From Squalus acanthias (lineage: Eukaryota), in NCBI GenBank assembly GCA_030390025.1, contig CM059432.1, positions 3,410,001-3,474,000 on the forward strand: 64,000 nt of DNA, read 5' to 3'. The position numbers were made by a program, and so were the translations under genes. Below the pieces are notes generated by a model. The model did not search any database. It was not told the DNA's origin and was given only the letters and a program-made list of their open reading frames with translations. Positions 40,515 to 53,050 of the stretch are shown in pieces. Each line of letters opens with the position of its first letter. Position 1 is the stretch's first letter.

Positions 40515-42315
40515 TGTGTCACAAACACCCACACATACTGTTCAGCAAAGATTACTGGAGCTTGTGGTCTACTCCGCTAATGAGGCACGGCAGCAGCAGA
40601 GCAACTTGACAGGTAAATCTTAACTTGCATAGTTAACGTCACTTTTGTAAAATAATCATTCGTGGGATGTGGGCATCGCTGGCAAGGCCAGAATTTATTG
40701 CCCATCCCTAGCTGTCCTTGAGAAGGTGGTGGTGAGCCTTCTTCAGTGCTGTTAGGGAGGGAGTTCCAGGATTTTGACCCAGCGATGATGAAGGAACGGC
40801 CGATATATGTTCCAGTCAGGATGGTGTGTGACTTGGAGGGGCACTTTATGTAGTATATATATTTGTTAATAAATAAAGCAAAGAAATTTAAGTCCAGGTT
40901 TTCATGTGCAATGTTTGCAACCCCAGAGTGATTGTGTTGACTGTGCGCTGCAGTATAAAGGTGTTAGAAATGAAAAAGATTGTTTCCCCATACATGTACC
41001 AAAAATGTCATTTAGTTCAGATTTACACAACACTAGTTGTTGAGTTTTGAGAGGACTTCACTTGAAAAACCTTCCATGTGTAGAAATAGTATATAGTATG
41101 GAAAAGATTATTCCGGAACGCTACTTTAAATTAAACTGTGGGAGTAAGACAAGGGGACACAGGTTGAAACTAGTAAAAGGCAACTTGAGGACTAAGAACA
41201 GGAGGTCCTTCTTCATGCAGATAATGAGGAACACATGAAATGGACTTCCGAACAAAGAGATTAAATGAAACCCTGGAATCATTTAAGGATCTCTCTAATC
41301 TCCTCCAGCCCTACAACCCTCCAAGATCTCTGCGCTCCTCCAATTCTGGCCTCTTGCGCATCCCCGATTTTAATCGCTCCACCATTGGCGGCCGTGCCTT
41401 CATCTGCCTGGGCCCTAAGCTCTGGAATTCCCTCCCTAACCCTCTCCGCCTCGCTCCATCTTTCGGATGAGACGTTAAACCGAGGCCCCGTTTGCTCTCT
41501 CAGGTGGACATAAAAGATCCCACGGCACTATTTCGAAGAAGAGCAGGGGAGTTATCCTCTGTGTCCTGGCCAATATTTATCCCTCAACCAACATAACAAA
41601 AACAGATTATCTGGTCATTATCACATTGCTGTTTGTGGGAGCTTGCTGTGTACAAATTGGCTGCCGCGTTTCCTACATTACAACAGTGACTACACTTCAA
41701 AAAGCACTTCATTGGATGGCTGTAAAGCGCTTTGGGACGTCCGGTGGTCGTGAAAGGCGCTATAGAAATGCAAGTCTTTCTTTCTTCTTTCTTGCCTCTC
41801 TCTCTCCTCCTTTAAGATGCTCCTTGAAACCTACCTCTTTGACCAAGCTTTTTACGGAAGGTGCAAGATGGGAGTCCGGCATGGAGAGCATTGGAATCGT
41901 TGAGTCCAGAGGTAACAAAGGCATGGATGAGGGTTTCAGCAGCAGATGGGCTGAGGCAGGGGCGGAAACGAGCGATGTTACGGAGGTGGAAGTAGGGCTG
42001 TCTTGGTGATGGAGAGGATGTGTGGTCAGAAGCTCAGCTCAGCGTCAAGGTTGCGAACATTCTGGTTCAGCCTCGGACAGTGACCAGGGAGGGGGATGGA
42101 GTTGGTGGCTAGGGAACGGAGTTTGTGGCGGGGGGAGTGACCACAAGAACTGTATTAACAATCCTGCTTCTCAGAAGCATAAGGCAAGCCTCAAGACCTA
42201 CCAATGTTTACATGTGTCACGTAATCATGTTTGTAACTCAAGACACAATCGTAGAATTGTGTGGTATCACAGACAAATGAATCCTCCCCAATGCGCTTAC
42301 ATGTTGATGTGTAGT

Positions 42316-43348
42316 CAGGGCCGGCCTTACGGGTGGACATCGTGGGCAACTGCCCAGGGCACTGCGGTCAGCAGGGCGCCGTGGTCAAGAGGGTCTGACA
42401 TTAACATTAACATTAACAATGGTCACCACATTACAGGAAGGATGTGATTGCACTAGAGAGGATACAGAGGAGATTTATGAGGATGTTGCCAGGACTGGAG
42501 AATTTTAGCTATAAGGAAAGATTGGATAGGCTGGGGTTGTTTTCTTTGGAACAGAGGAGGCTGAGGGGAGACTTAATTGAGGTGTATAAAATTATGAGGG
42601 GCCTAGATAGAGTGGACAGCAAAGACCTATTTCCCTTAGCAGAGAGGTCAATATCCAGGAGGTATAGATTTAAAGTAATGGGTAGAAGGATTAGAGGGGA
42701 GTTGAGCAGAACTTTTTTCACCCAGAGGGTGGTGGGGGTCTGGAACTCACTGCCTGAAAGGGTGGTAGAGGCAGAAACCCTCATCGCATTTAAAAAGTAC
42801 TTGGATATGCACTTGAAGTGCCGTAACCTACAGGGCCACGGACCAAGAGCTGGAAAGTGGGATTAGGCTGGATAGCTCTTTTTTGGCCGGCACAGACACG
42901 ATGGGCCGAATGGCCTCCTTCTGTGCTGTATCGGTGGCGATGGATAGCACTCAGGGTCCTGTTAACCGTGCCCGTATCGGTGGTGAGCCGCGAACGGAGT
43001 TCTCGAAGTTGAAGCTCATAAAAACGTATTGGCGATCGGCCATGGGAGACGACAGGCTATCTCCACTGGCCATCCTGTCTAGCGAGAATGATGTGGCTCA
43101 AAATATCTTGGTGAACTAAGTTTTTTATTTGTTATTGTTATTTATTAGCTTGGTGTTTAGTTTATTTGTCACTTAGCTGTAATGTTATTTTTTATGACAT
43201 ATCACTGATTATTTAAATTGTAAAAACCTTTTGAGATTACAGCTTTATTTTTGAAACTTTCGCTAATATTACTACATACTTACACTGAAAGAAAGGGCGC
43301 CAAAATACAAGTTCACCCAAGGAGGCATTGCCCCTAAAGCCGGCCCAA
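42316..43348 (+). mobile_element. Internally deleted hAT DNA transposon with nested CR1 3' fragment (about 42420-42930)
   Basis: TIR cagggccggc/gccggccc(aa); 8-bp TSD tgtgtagt/tgtgtagg; remnant hAT C-terminal dimerisation motif FSKLKLIKTYWRSAMGDDRLSPLAILSSE. Confidence 0.85.
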
Positions 43349-43772
43349 TGTGTAGGGTACAGGCGCAAACAGAACACGCAGTCAGGAAAACTCGGATGCT
43401 GAGATGCGATCTGTCTGTGGGTTATAATGAGGTTTCTCACAGGGACAGAACAAGCAATCTCTCACTCTTCCCCTGTTGTCAGAACTTGACGTGTGTACGG
43501 TTCACTAACAAATACAGACCATAATGTTCCCCCCTCCCCCCACTCTTGCCAAAGCTACAAGCTCTTTTCCAGCAGGCCAGTGTAATGACAAAGGAGTGGT
43601 TGGAGCTGAAAAGAGGAGGCAGGGCACATGATGTCACATCTAAATGGCATTTTAAAAATACTCAATCCACACTGCACGCACGCAGGAATATAAATAGAAA
43701 GGTTTGGTATGAAAAGTAGCCACAAAAAAAACCCAAATTGGTTCTGGAGTGTGCATGGCTCAAATTAAACAT

Positions 43773-44515
43773 GGCCCAGAAATTGATCTCGCTCTGTTCC
43801 CGCGGGGGTAAGCCTTCCCCGCGATGTCTCACCTCGCTTATGCTTTTTCTGATCCAGCTCGCACGAACTTGATGTTCCAGACATCAGCTGTGCTGGGCTT
43901 GCGTATCCCAGCGGCGTAGTGAATTCGTGCGAGCTGTGGGATCACGTGACTCAGTTAGAGCCAATGGCAGCACACCATCTTCCATTCATAAGTCTCACAG
44001 CATGGCTGTGAGACTTATGAATCTTACACCCCCCCAAAATAACAGCTAAACCTCAATTAAATAAAAAAAAAAACCCATCACATTAATAAAATAAGTATAG
44101 TTAATTAAATTAACCATTTTAAATAAAAAATAAATTTTTGAAAAAATTTAAAATCTTTTAAAAAGTTATAAAAATAAACTTACCTGTCTTTAAAGTCTAT
44201 AAAAAAGATATACCTGTAAAAAAAAATTCAAAAAAATACTTAATTCACTACTTACCTTCTTAAAAGCGGGTCTTACTCCTCCTTTTTACATTTCCAAAAT
44301 CTTCCCTACTTACCTGCGCGACCAAAGCATGAAGTGCACAGCGTGCGCGCAGCCTGTAGCGCGCACGCGATGCACCCAGGCCCCGCCCCCTTTTCGGAAG
44401 AGCAATTGCCGGTTTTCAGCGCATGCGCAGGGCATGCAGAAAACCAGCAATTGGAGTGGGAATACGCGAGAGTATGCAGTGCGTACTCTCGCGTCCCGAG
44501 ATCAATTTTCGGCCC
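43773..44515. mobile_element. Non-autonomous Harbinger-like TIR element, family X copy A
   Basis: TIR GGCCCAGAAATTGATCTCG / CGAGATCAATTTTCGGCCC; collinear with 61990-62749. Confidence 0.75.
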
Positions 44516-44535
44516 TACAGATATGGCCACTATCA

Positions 44536-44618
44536 CGATAGCAAAATACTGCGGATGCTGGAAATCCGAAATAACAACAGAAAACGCTGGAAAAACTCAG
44601 CAGGCCAGGCAACATCCG
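44536..44618 (-). mobile_element. Penelope-like 3' end fragment
   Basis: Matches the 61447-61674 arms; flanked by the direct repeat tggccactatca. Confidence 0.7.
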
Positions 44619-44642
44619 TGGCCACTATCAGCTGTGAAAGGT

Positions 44643-45100
44643 GTCAGCCGTGGCTCAGTGGGTAGCACTCTCGCCTCTGAGTCAGAAGGTTGTGGGTTCA
44701 AGTCCCACTCCAGAGACTTGAGCACAAAAATCCAGGCTGACGCTCCCAGTGCAGTGCTGAGGGAGTGCTGCACTGTCGGAGGTGCCGTCTTTTGGACGAG
44801 ACGTTAAACCGAGGCCCCCGTCTGCCCCCTCAGGTGGACGTAAAAAATCCCACGGCCACTATTTTGAAGAAGAGCAGGGGAGTTATCCCCGGTGTCCTGG
44901 GGCCAATATTTATCCCTCAATCAACATCACTAAAAAACTGATTATCTGGTCATTATCACATTGCTGTTTGTGGGATCTTGCTGTGCGCAAATTGGCTGCC
45001 GCGTTTCCTACATTATAACAGTGACTACACTTCAAAAGGTTCTTCATTGGCTGTGAAGTGCTTTGCGACATCTCGAGGATGTGAAATGCTCGATATAAAG
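44643..45100 (+). mobile_element. DeuSINE (SacSINE1-like)
   Basis: Head, Deu core and tail as in the other copies. Confidence 0.85.
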
Positions 45101-45492
45101 GCTTTTTTGCTTTTTTAAAAGTGGTGAATAATAAGACCACTAGATTTAAAAGTAGAAAAACCTTGACATACTGTAATTGGTTCAGAGTGGGAGAAAAAAT
45201 TCACATTTATTAACACTGTCACCAGCGTGAATCCTGTCTCAACAACTGCAGTTTACGTTGGAGGAGAAATTGAGGTGTATAAAATTATGAGGGGCCGAGA
45301 TAGAGTGGATAGAAAGGACCTATTTCCCTTAGCAGAGAGGTCAATAACCAGGGGGCACAGATTTAAAGTAATTGGTAGAAGGATTAGAGAGGAGTTGAGG
45401 AGAACCTCTTTCACCCAGAGGGTGGTGGGGGTCTGGAACTCACTGCCTGAAAGGGTGGTAGAGGCAGAAACCCTCATCACATTTAAAAAGTA

Positions 45493-45837
45493 CAGGAAAC
45501 TCTTTATTAACCGGCACCGACGGGACCGGCGTGGTGCCGGTTAATCAAAAAGTCCGGATAATGGAGAGTTATATCTCCCAACGTTGACATGCGCCTGCAT
45601 TCGGAGCTCCGTCTCCCCGGCGACCGCCAGCTGACCATCTGTCGTGTCCGCTGCCTACCCGGGCTGCACATTCCCCTCCCAATCTACACGCTCCGATACA
45701 AGGCAAACGCCTCGGGGTTTTTTTTAAAGTTAATTTTAAACGAGAGATGAAGGAAAACCCCGGTTACCTACTCAAGAATTTTGCCGGTTAAGAGAGATTT
45801 CCGGATATTTGGGTGCCGGTTAATAAAGAGTTTCCTG
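45493..45837. mobile_element. Tc1/mariner-superfamily (pogo/Tigger-like) MITE inserted in a CR1 3' end (45265-45980)
   Basis: Perfect 26-bp TIR CAGGAAACTCTTTATTAACCGGCACC and TA TSD. The CR1 sequence aaaaagTActtggat is restored on removal. Confidence 0.92.
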
Positions 45838-46282
45838 TACTTGGATGTGCCCCTGAAGTGCCGTAACCTACAGGGCTACGGACCAAGAGCAGGAAAGTGG
45901 GATTAGGCTGGGATAGCTCTTTGTCGGCCGGCACGGACACAATGGGCCAAATGGCCTCCTTCTGTGCCGTAAACTTCTATGCTGCTGTGAAATGGTTCCA
46001 ATCAAAAAGTAAATGAATATGCTCTTAAGAGAAGGTTTCTGGATGACATTTAATGATGAATTAAATCCAGGATACAAAGCAATAGTAAAATAATTTATTG
46101 TGCAGGCAACAAAAGCAGTTCAGTCTCAGTTAACCTGGGAGATATAATCATATTTATGCTAATGGCAGCCCACTTTGAACACTAAAAGTACTTTTTCAAA
46201 TTTAAATGCCACTCCCTAAGAATGGCTTGCTGGCACATTACACTGAGATACTAATGCACTGGGTCATTGAACACCACAAACA

Positions 46283-47090
46283 ACTTGCATTTCTATAGCG
46301 CCTTTTACGACCACCGGATGTCCCAAAGCGCTTTACAGCCAATGAAGTACTTTTTGAAGTGCAGTCACTGATGTAATGTCGGAAACGCGGCAGCCAATTT
46401 GTGCACAGCAAGTTCCCACAAACAGCAGTGTGATAAATGACCAGATCATCTGTTTTTAGTGATGTTGATTGAGGGATAAATATTGGCCCCAGGACACCGG
46501 GGATAACTCCCCTGCTCGTCTTCGAAATAGCGCCATGGGATTTTTTATGTCCACCCGAGAGAGCAGACGGGGCTTTGGTTTAACGTCTCATCCGAAAGTC
46601 GGCACCTCCGACAGTGCAGCACTCCCTCAGCACTGCACTGGGAGTATCAGCCTGGATTTTTGTGCTCAAGTCTCTGGAGTGGGGCTTAAACCCACAACCT
46701 TCTGACTCGAGAACCCACTGAGCCATGGCTTTAATGTAGTAAAACGTCCCAAGACACTTTTCAGGGGCGATTATCAAACAAAATTTGACTCCAAGCCACA
46801 CAGGAGATATTTGGACAGGTTTGGTCAAAGAGGTCAGGTTTTAAGGAACGTCTTAAAGGAGGAGAGAGAGAGGCGGAGAGGTTTAGGGAGGGAATTCCAG
46901 AGCTTAGGGCCCAGGCAGCTGAAGGCACGGCCACCAATGGTGGAGCGATGGAAATCGGGGGATGCGCAAGAGGCCAGAATTAGAGGAGCGCAGAGATCTC
47001 GGAGGGTTGTAGGGCTGGAGGAGGTGACGGAGATAGGGAGGGGGTGAGACCATGGAGGGATTTGAAAACAAGGATGAGAATTTAAAAATT
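46283..47090 (-). mobile_element. DeuSINE (46283-46730) abutting an L2 3' fragment (46730-47090)
   Basis: Matches other copies of both families. Confidence 0.8.
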
Positions 47091-47239
47091 GAATACCTTG
47101 AACTTACATTTGCGTGCATGATCCCCCCAACACGGTTAATTTAAATTCTGCTGTGCTATCAGCGATGGGGGTGGGGGGTGCGGGGGAAGAAGCATGAATA
47201 CAGCAACTGATGTACAAAAGGGAAATTTAGCCCCCCACG

Positions 47240-47740
47240 CCCACTCTGACCTCGGCCTCTTACACTGTTTCAATGAAGCTCAGTGTAAGCTCGGGGGACA
47301 GCACCTCATCTTTCGATTAGGCACTTTACAACCTTCCGGACTCAACCTCGAGTTCAACATCATAACCACCGCTCCCATATCCTCAGACAGCAGCTGCTGG
47401 TAATGGTTGTGCTGTAGCCATTCACACCTCCTCTAGACCCATCTGTTGTTCCTTTACTTGTCCCATTACCACCCCCTTTCGCCTCACACCATCATCGCTT
47501 TTGTCATTTAATCTCTCCTGCCTTCCACCCCTATCACAGACCTTCCCTTTTGTTCTTTCCTCCCCTCCCTTGCTTAAAACCTGTTACGTCTCTAACTTCT
47601 TCCAGTGCTGACGAAGGGTCATTGACCTGAGACGTTAACTCTGTTCCTCTCTCCACAGAAGCTGCCTGACCTGCTGGGTGTTTCCAGCATTTTCTGTTTT
47701 TATTCCAGGTTTCCAGCAATCCGCAGCATCTTGCTTTTGT
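47240..47740 (+). mobile_element. Penelope-like element 3' end (GIY-YIG endonuclease C-terminus, pLTR with HHR at about 47604-47640)
   Basis: ORF 47194-47403 has QHLIFRLGTLQPSGLNLEF, resembling the Penelope GIY-YIG end. Downstream CTGACGA-aggGTC-att-GACct-GAgA-cgtt is an HHR with a GAAA>GAGA change. Confidence 0.8.
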
Positions 47741-47779
47741 TTGAGCCCAGCAGTATCGGTTTCAAATCTCTTTGTGTTC

Positions 47780-48225
47780 TGAAATAAAAACAGAGAATTC
47801 TATAACACTCAGCAGGTCAGGCAGCCTCCGTGGAGAGAAAGAAACAGAGTTAATGTTTCAGGTCGATGACCCTTCGTCAGAACTCTTTGTGTTCAGGTCT
47901 GTTGCAAGAGCACAAGGAACTTACAGATCAGGAAGAACATTCAACCGATCTTAACTCATTCATTCCAGAACAACTCAACACTTCAGCCCCTATTACGACA
48001 TCTATTTGTTCCTTAAATGATTCCAGAGTTGTTGCTTCTGTCACTCTACCCAGAGCTTCATTACAGGCACCGATCACTCTGTATGAAAAAGAACCTCCTG
48101 CTATTAGTCCTAAAGTTAGTAGTTTGTTAGGGTGCTGACGAAAGCTCATCGACCTGGAACGTTAACTCTCTTTCTCTCTCCACAGATGCTGCCTGATCCG
48201 CTGATTATTGCCAGCATTTTCTGTT
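47780..48225. mobile_element. Inverted pair of Penelope pLTR ends with HHR motifs (minus 47847-47885; degenerate plus 48134-48168) flanking an old CR1 fragment
   Basis: Arms match 61447-61674. Confidence 0.7.
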
Positions 48226-50148
48226 TATGTTATACTCTATATTATATATTATATTAGTAGTTTGAACCTTGACCTACTCCCACGGTTTAATCTTATAATC
48301 CTCTATAAGGTCACGTTTCAGAGCCCTCCATTCTCGGCCAAAAAGCCTAAGGTTCTCCAGTCTTTCCTTCTAACCCAGACCGCTGACACTGGGGATTAGT
48401 ATCGTGGCTTGTCTCTGTCCTGTCTCCAGCGCGTGAATTTCTCTCATATCAGATTATATTTTACACATTCGTCTTTGACAAGCTCCTGTCGGCAGGCCCA
48501 ATTACATAGGGTTACATAGGATGACACAATTACATAGGGTTACATAGGATGACATAGAATGTACAGCACAGGCCTTGGGCGCTTCTTTATCCGCCTTCAG
48601 CAATATGGTGGGCGCCGCACTTCCTGCGCGTAATAAGCACGCGCGCGCCCCGCCCGCCCGCCATATTGGATGCTTAGGCGCCCATTTTGTGCCTGAAAAA
48701 GCAAGCGCGCCGCCATCGGCTGTCTAGGTCTATGCGCTCTTTAGTGATCGAAAATTTCGTATCACAAGCAGAGTTGCCAATTGGCTATGGATGGTGGAGC
48801 ATCCAGTGCGTTCCGCCTACGGTTACTCGTCAATAAGATGATTGCTGGCAGCAGAGTTCCTTTAAAGATTCATTCTTATAATCTCATCACTATTGTACCA
48901 TACGCTGCTTATTATCAGTACCAGGCATTCGGCGTTGCAATCATGTTCTGCTTATATCTATTAGAGGTAATTTTATCATAAATGTAAGAAGTAATGAAGT
49001 ATTTTTCTTTGTGAAGTAATTTTCTATATTACAGTAGCTCAAACAGCCAATGAAGTAACTAAAATTAGTTTCTAATGTACCATACAGGCGTGAAAACGTT
49101 ACGGTATAATTTCATTCATCAAATTATATTCTTAACAACAAAACCCACCCTGCCCAGCGTCCGAAATATAACCAGCAATTGTTTTGCGTACAAGAGGATT
49201 TGATTACAAGAGCGACTCCAGAGAGCTCATGGGAAAAAAGATCCAGAAACCCGAGAGAAGACACATATAAAAGTGAAGTATTCTGTTCCTCGCTATCAGC
49301 TAGAGTACTGCGAACAGTCCTGGTCACCACTGGAGAAGAACTTGGAGCGGGAGGGGGAGGATCCAGTTGTCGTGGTCCACGTAGGAACCAACGACATAGG
49401 TAGAACTAGGAATGAGTTTCTGCTGAGGGAGTTTGAGGAGCTAGGATCGAAATTAAAAAGCAGAACCTCAAAGGTAATAATCTCTGGATTGTTACCTGAG
49501 CCACGCGCAAATTGGCATCGGTACAAACAGATTAGAGGTTTAAATGCGTGACTCAAAGAGTGGTGTGGGAGTTCATGGGACACTGGCACCAGTACTGGGG
49601 GAAAGAGGGAGATGTTCCATTGGGATGGGCTCCACTTAAACCGGGCTGGGACCAGTGTCCTGGCGAACCGAATATCTAGGGCAGTAGATACGGATTTAAA
49701 CTAATGAAGGGGGGGGGGGGTGGGAGGATTCAGGAAAGAGTAAATTTAAAAGCAGCAAGAGAAATGTCAAGGCTCTAGAGCAGAGTAGAGTTTTGGGTAA
49801 AAATAAGCAGAGTGGGTCAGGAAGGGACAGAGAGAGTAACAAAGGTAATAGGGCATCAGTGACTAAGGTGACATCAGGGAAAAATAGAAATAAGTCAAAG
49901 CTAAAGGCACTATATCTGAATGTGCGAAGCATTTGCAACAAAATAGATGAATTAATAGCGCAGATAGAAATTAATAGGTTTGATCTAATAGCCATAACGG
50001 AGACGTGGTTGCAAAGTGGCCAAGGTTGGGAACTAAATATTCCAGGATACTTAACTTTTAGAAGAGATAGGCAAAATGGAAAAGGAGGAGGGGTAGTCCT
50101 GATAATAAAGGATGGGATAGAGACAGTAGTGAGAAAGGATCTTAGCTC

Positions 50149-53050
50149 TGTAGGGGGTGGTGGTTTGTGTCAGCTTCATCTCTGACTTCTGAGCGGTTCG
50201 AATCGCTCCCACTCCCTTGGTTCTAGACCTTGGACTTATTTGGGGGTTAAAAACATAGAAACATAGAAGATAGGAGCAGGAGTAGGCCATTCGGCCCCTC
50301 GAGCCTGCTCCGCCATTCGATGAGATCATGGCTGATCATCCAAACTCAGTACCCTGTCCCTGCCTTTTCCCCATATCCCTTGATCCCTTTAGCTTTAAGA
50401 AATATATCTAACTCATTCTTGAATATATTTAATGACTTGGCCTCAACTACCTTCTGTGGTAGAGAATTCCACAGGTTCACCACTCTCTGGGTGAAGAAAT
50501 TCTTCCTAATTTCTGTCCTAAATGGCTTACCCGTTATTCTTAGATTATGACCCTTGGTTCTGGACTCTCCGACCATCGGGAACATTCTTCCTGCATCTAG
50601 TTTGTCCAGACCTGTCAGAATTTTATATGTTTTGATGAGATCCCCTCTCATTCTTCTATACTCCAGCGAGTATAAGCCCAATCGACCCAATCTCTCCTCA
50701 TATGTCATTCCTGCCATCCCAGGTATCAGCCTTGTGAATCTTCGCTGAACTCCTTCCATGGCAAGAACATCCTTCCTCAGATAAGGCGACCAAAACTGCA
50801 CACAGTACTCAAGGTGTGGTCTCACCAAGGCCCTGTACAACTGCAGCAGGACATCCCTGTTCCTATACTCAAACCCTTTCGCTATGAAGGCCAACATACC
50901 ATTTGCCTTCTTCACCGCCTGCTGCACCTGCATGCTTACTTTCAGCGACTGGTGCACAAGGACACCCAGGTCTCGTTGCACTTCCCCTTCTCCCAATCTA
51001 TTGCCATTCAGATAATAGTCTGCCTTTCTGTTTTTGACACCAAAGTGGATAACCTCGCATTTATCCACGTTATATTGCATCTGCCACGCTTCTGCCCACT
51101 CACCCAACCTGTCCAAATCATCCTGGAGTTTCTCGGTATCCTCCTCGCAGCACACACTCCCACCCAGCTTTGTGTCATCTGCAAACTTGGAGATATTACA
51201 TTTAGTTCCCTTATCTAGATCATTAATGTATATTGTGAATAGCTGGGGTCCAAGGATCGAACCCTGCGGTACCCCACTAGTCACAGCTTGCCACTCGGAA
51301 AAAGACCCATTAATTCCTACTCTCTGCTTTCTGTCCGCCAACCAGTTCTCTATTCAAGTCAATACCTTGCCCCCAATCCCATGTGCCTTAACTTTACATG
51401 CTAATCTCTTATGCGGGACCTTATCGAAAGCCTTTTGAAAGTCCAAATACACCACATCTACTGGTTCTCCCTTATCTATTTTCCCAGTTACATCCTCAAA
51501 AAATTCCAGTAGATTAGTCAAGCACGATGTACCTTTTGTAAATCCATGTTGACTTTGTCCGATCCTGTCACTGTTTTTCAAGTGCTCAGCTATTACATCC
51601 TTTATAATGGACTCTAGCATTTTCCCCACTACCGATGTCAGGCTTACCGGTCTGTAATTCCCTGCTGTAATAAAAAGTGCAGCAGACAACTGGTTTTGAT
51701 GCAAGAACTTTGATCTTTATTCAAGAAAGTAAAACACAACACAAACACTCTTAACACTCTAAAAGTGGGGAACACTTCGGTACAAACGAGAGAAATAACA
51801 TTAGAAGAATACTACACCCTCCCAATCCCACTTCACTAGCTAGGTTGGACTCCAGAGGACCAGGGATGATACTCACCAGAATCCTTGACAGTTAGGTTAG
51901 TTCGCGGTTTTGGGGTTCACTCTATATGTCGGTTGGTGTCCGCCGTACCCCGTACGTGGTAGAGGACTTCAACTGCGTATCTGGTCAGTCTTCGCGAGTC
52001 CGCTGATGTGGTAGGGTGCGTATTGGATTTATCAGGTGAGTACCCACTTTTCTTTGGTTTAGAAGTAGGGTTGAGAGTTTTTTTAAGGGAAAATCTTACC
52101 CAGGGGTAAGTCAGGAGTAGATTGTAGAGTGGAAACTTTGCGGTTCTTCGGGTTTTCTTCGAGTTGGTTTTCTTTGGTCACGGTGGCCCAAATATTGATA
52201 CTTGGTGTTTGGTTGGTTGTTTCGTGAGGGCCTTGTTGCCGCGAGGTGTCTGGTGGTCACTGAGGCGGTCGTTCTGGTTTCTTCTCATGTCAGCCTGCTT
52301 TGTTGGATGGTCTGGCCTTCGAGCTGTCGACCTCCTGGCTGGACACAGAACGCTGAACGGTGGTGTTGCAGAACTGTGTTGTGGAGAATGCCTCCGTCGA
52401 TGTCTTCTTGTTCTTCCTTCCTCTTCTTTTTCAAGTTGAGAACGGGCCTTCAATTATACCCATTGAAGCTCCCTTATCTGCGCGCCAAATCAGGTCCCGG
52501 TCTTTGTTAGTTTTGGCGGGCTCGTTAACGATAACTGGTTTGTTAAGGTGTGAAGTGGTTCCGGGATGGCCCTCATCCTGTCGATTTGCCACTTAATCGG
52601 AGTTTGATTGTTCTTATGTTTTGGGTTTTCTTGGCTGGGCCTATGATTTCTATGGAGTAGGCCGAAGTAATCTGTTTTATGCATGTCTTAATGGGCTCTG
52701 TAAATTGGGGTGGAGACTGTTTTTCCTCGGGTTTATTGTTAGGATGCTAATGTCTGATAGGGGCCGATTTACACTCCCAGCGAGATCATACGGTTCCCCA
52801 GACAGTTCCCATTAGCTCCAATACCCAAACTCTCTTTACAGAGGTTGATCCCACCTTCCTTCACAGCTTTTTCTCCCTCACAAGCCCAGACATGTTTTAA
52901 AAGTACCAAATCTTGGTTTTTGCTCAAAATGTCCTTCGATTAGGCCCAATGCACTTCACTACCCTGTAATAGCTAGAAAAGAGTCCAAAGTCTTTTACCT
53001 TAGGGTTTTTCTTAGGGTTAGGGGGACCTGTGAATTTTGAGAATCTTACA
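50149..53050 (-). mobile_element. Solo LTR (about 1.5 kb net) of an LTR retroelement/ERV, split by a CR1
   Basis: TGTAGG...CTTACA termini and 4-bp TSD GCTC (50145-50148, 53051-53054). The host CR1 frame RKDLSS|ENQEVESVWVEL is restored on removal. AATAAA on the minus strand at about 51716-51721. Confidence 0.85.
50252..51665 (-). mobile_element. CR1 LINE, 5'-truncated, nested in the solo LTR
   Basis: 331-aa open RT C-terminal ORF 50346-51341 (FADDTK) and ORF 51354-51704. Confidence 0.92.

Noticed and set aside
44305..44318. U1 snRNA gene (tacttacctg)
   Set aside because: Only the first ~10 nt match and the downstream sequence is not U1. Better explained as a minus-strand splice donor.
44643..44715. 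tRNA gene
   Set aside because: tRNA-like head continues directly into the DeuSINE body and is repeated in many copies.
48499..48560. 28-bp tandem duplication as a functional repeat
   Set aside because: Slippage at a CR1 microsatellite tail (catag-type units).
50346..51341. 331-aa ORF as a host gene
   Set aside because: It is the CR1 RT C-terminus of a 5'-truncated copy. The same holds for the ORFs at 2492, 8450 and 54816.
52178..52453. Arg-rich ORF inside the LTR as an accessory gene
   Set aside because: Short and low-complexity with no recognisable domain. It cannot be supported without other LTR copies.
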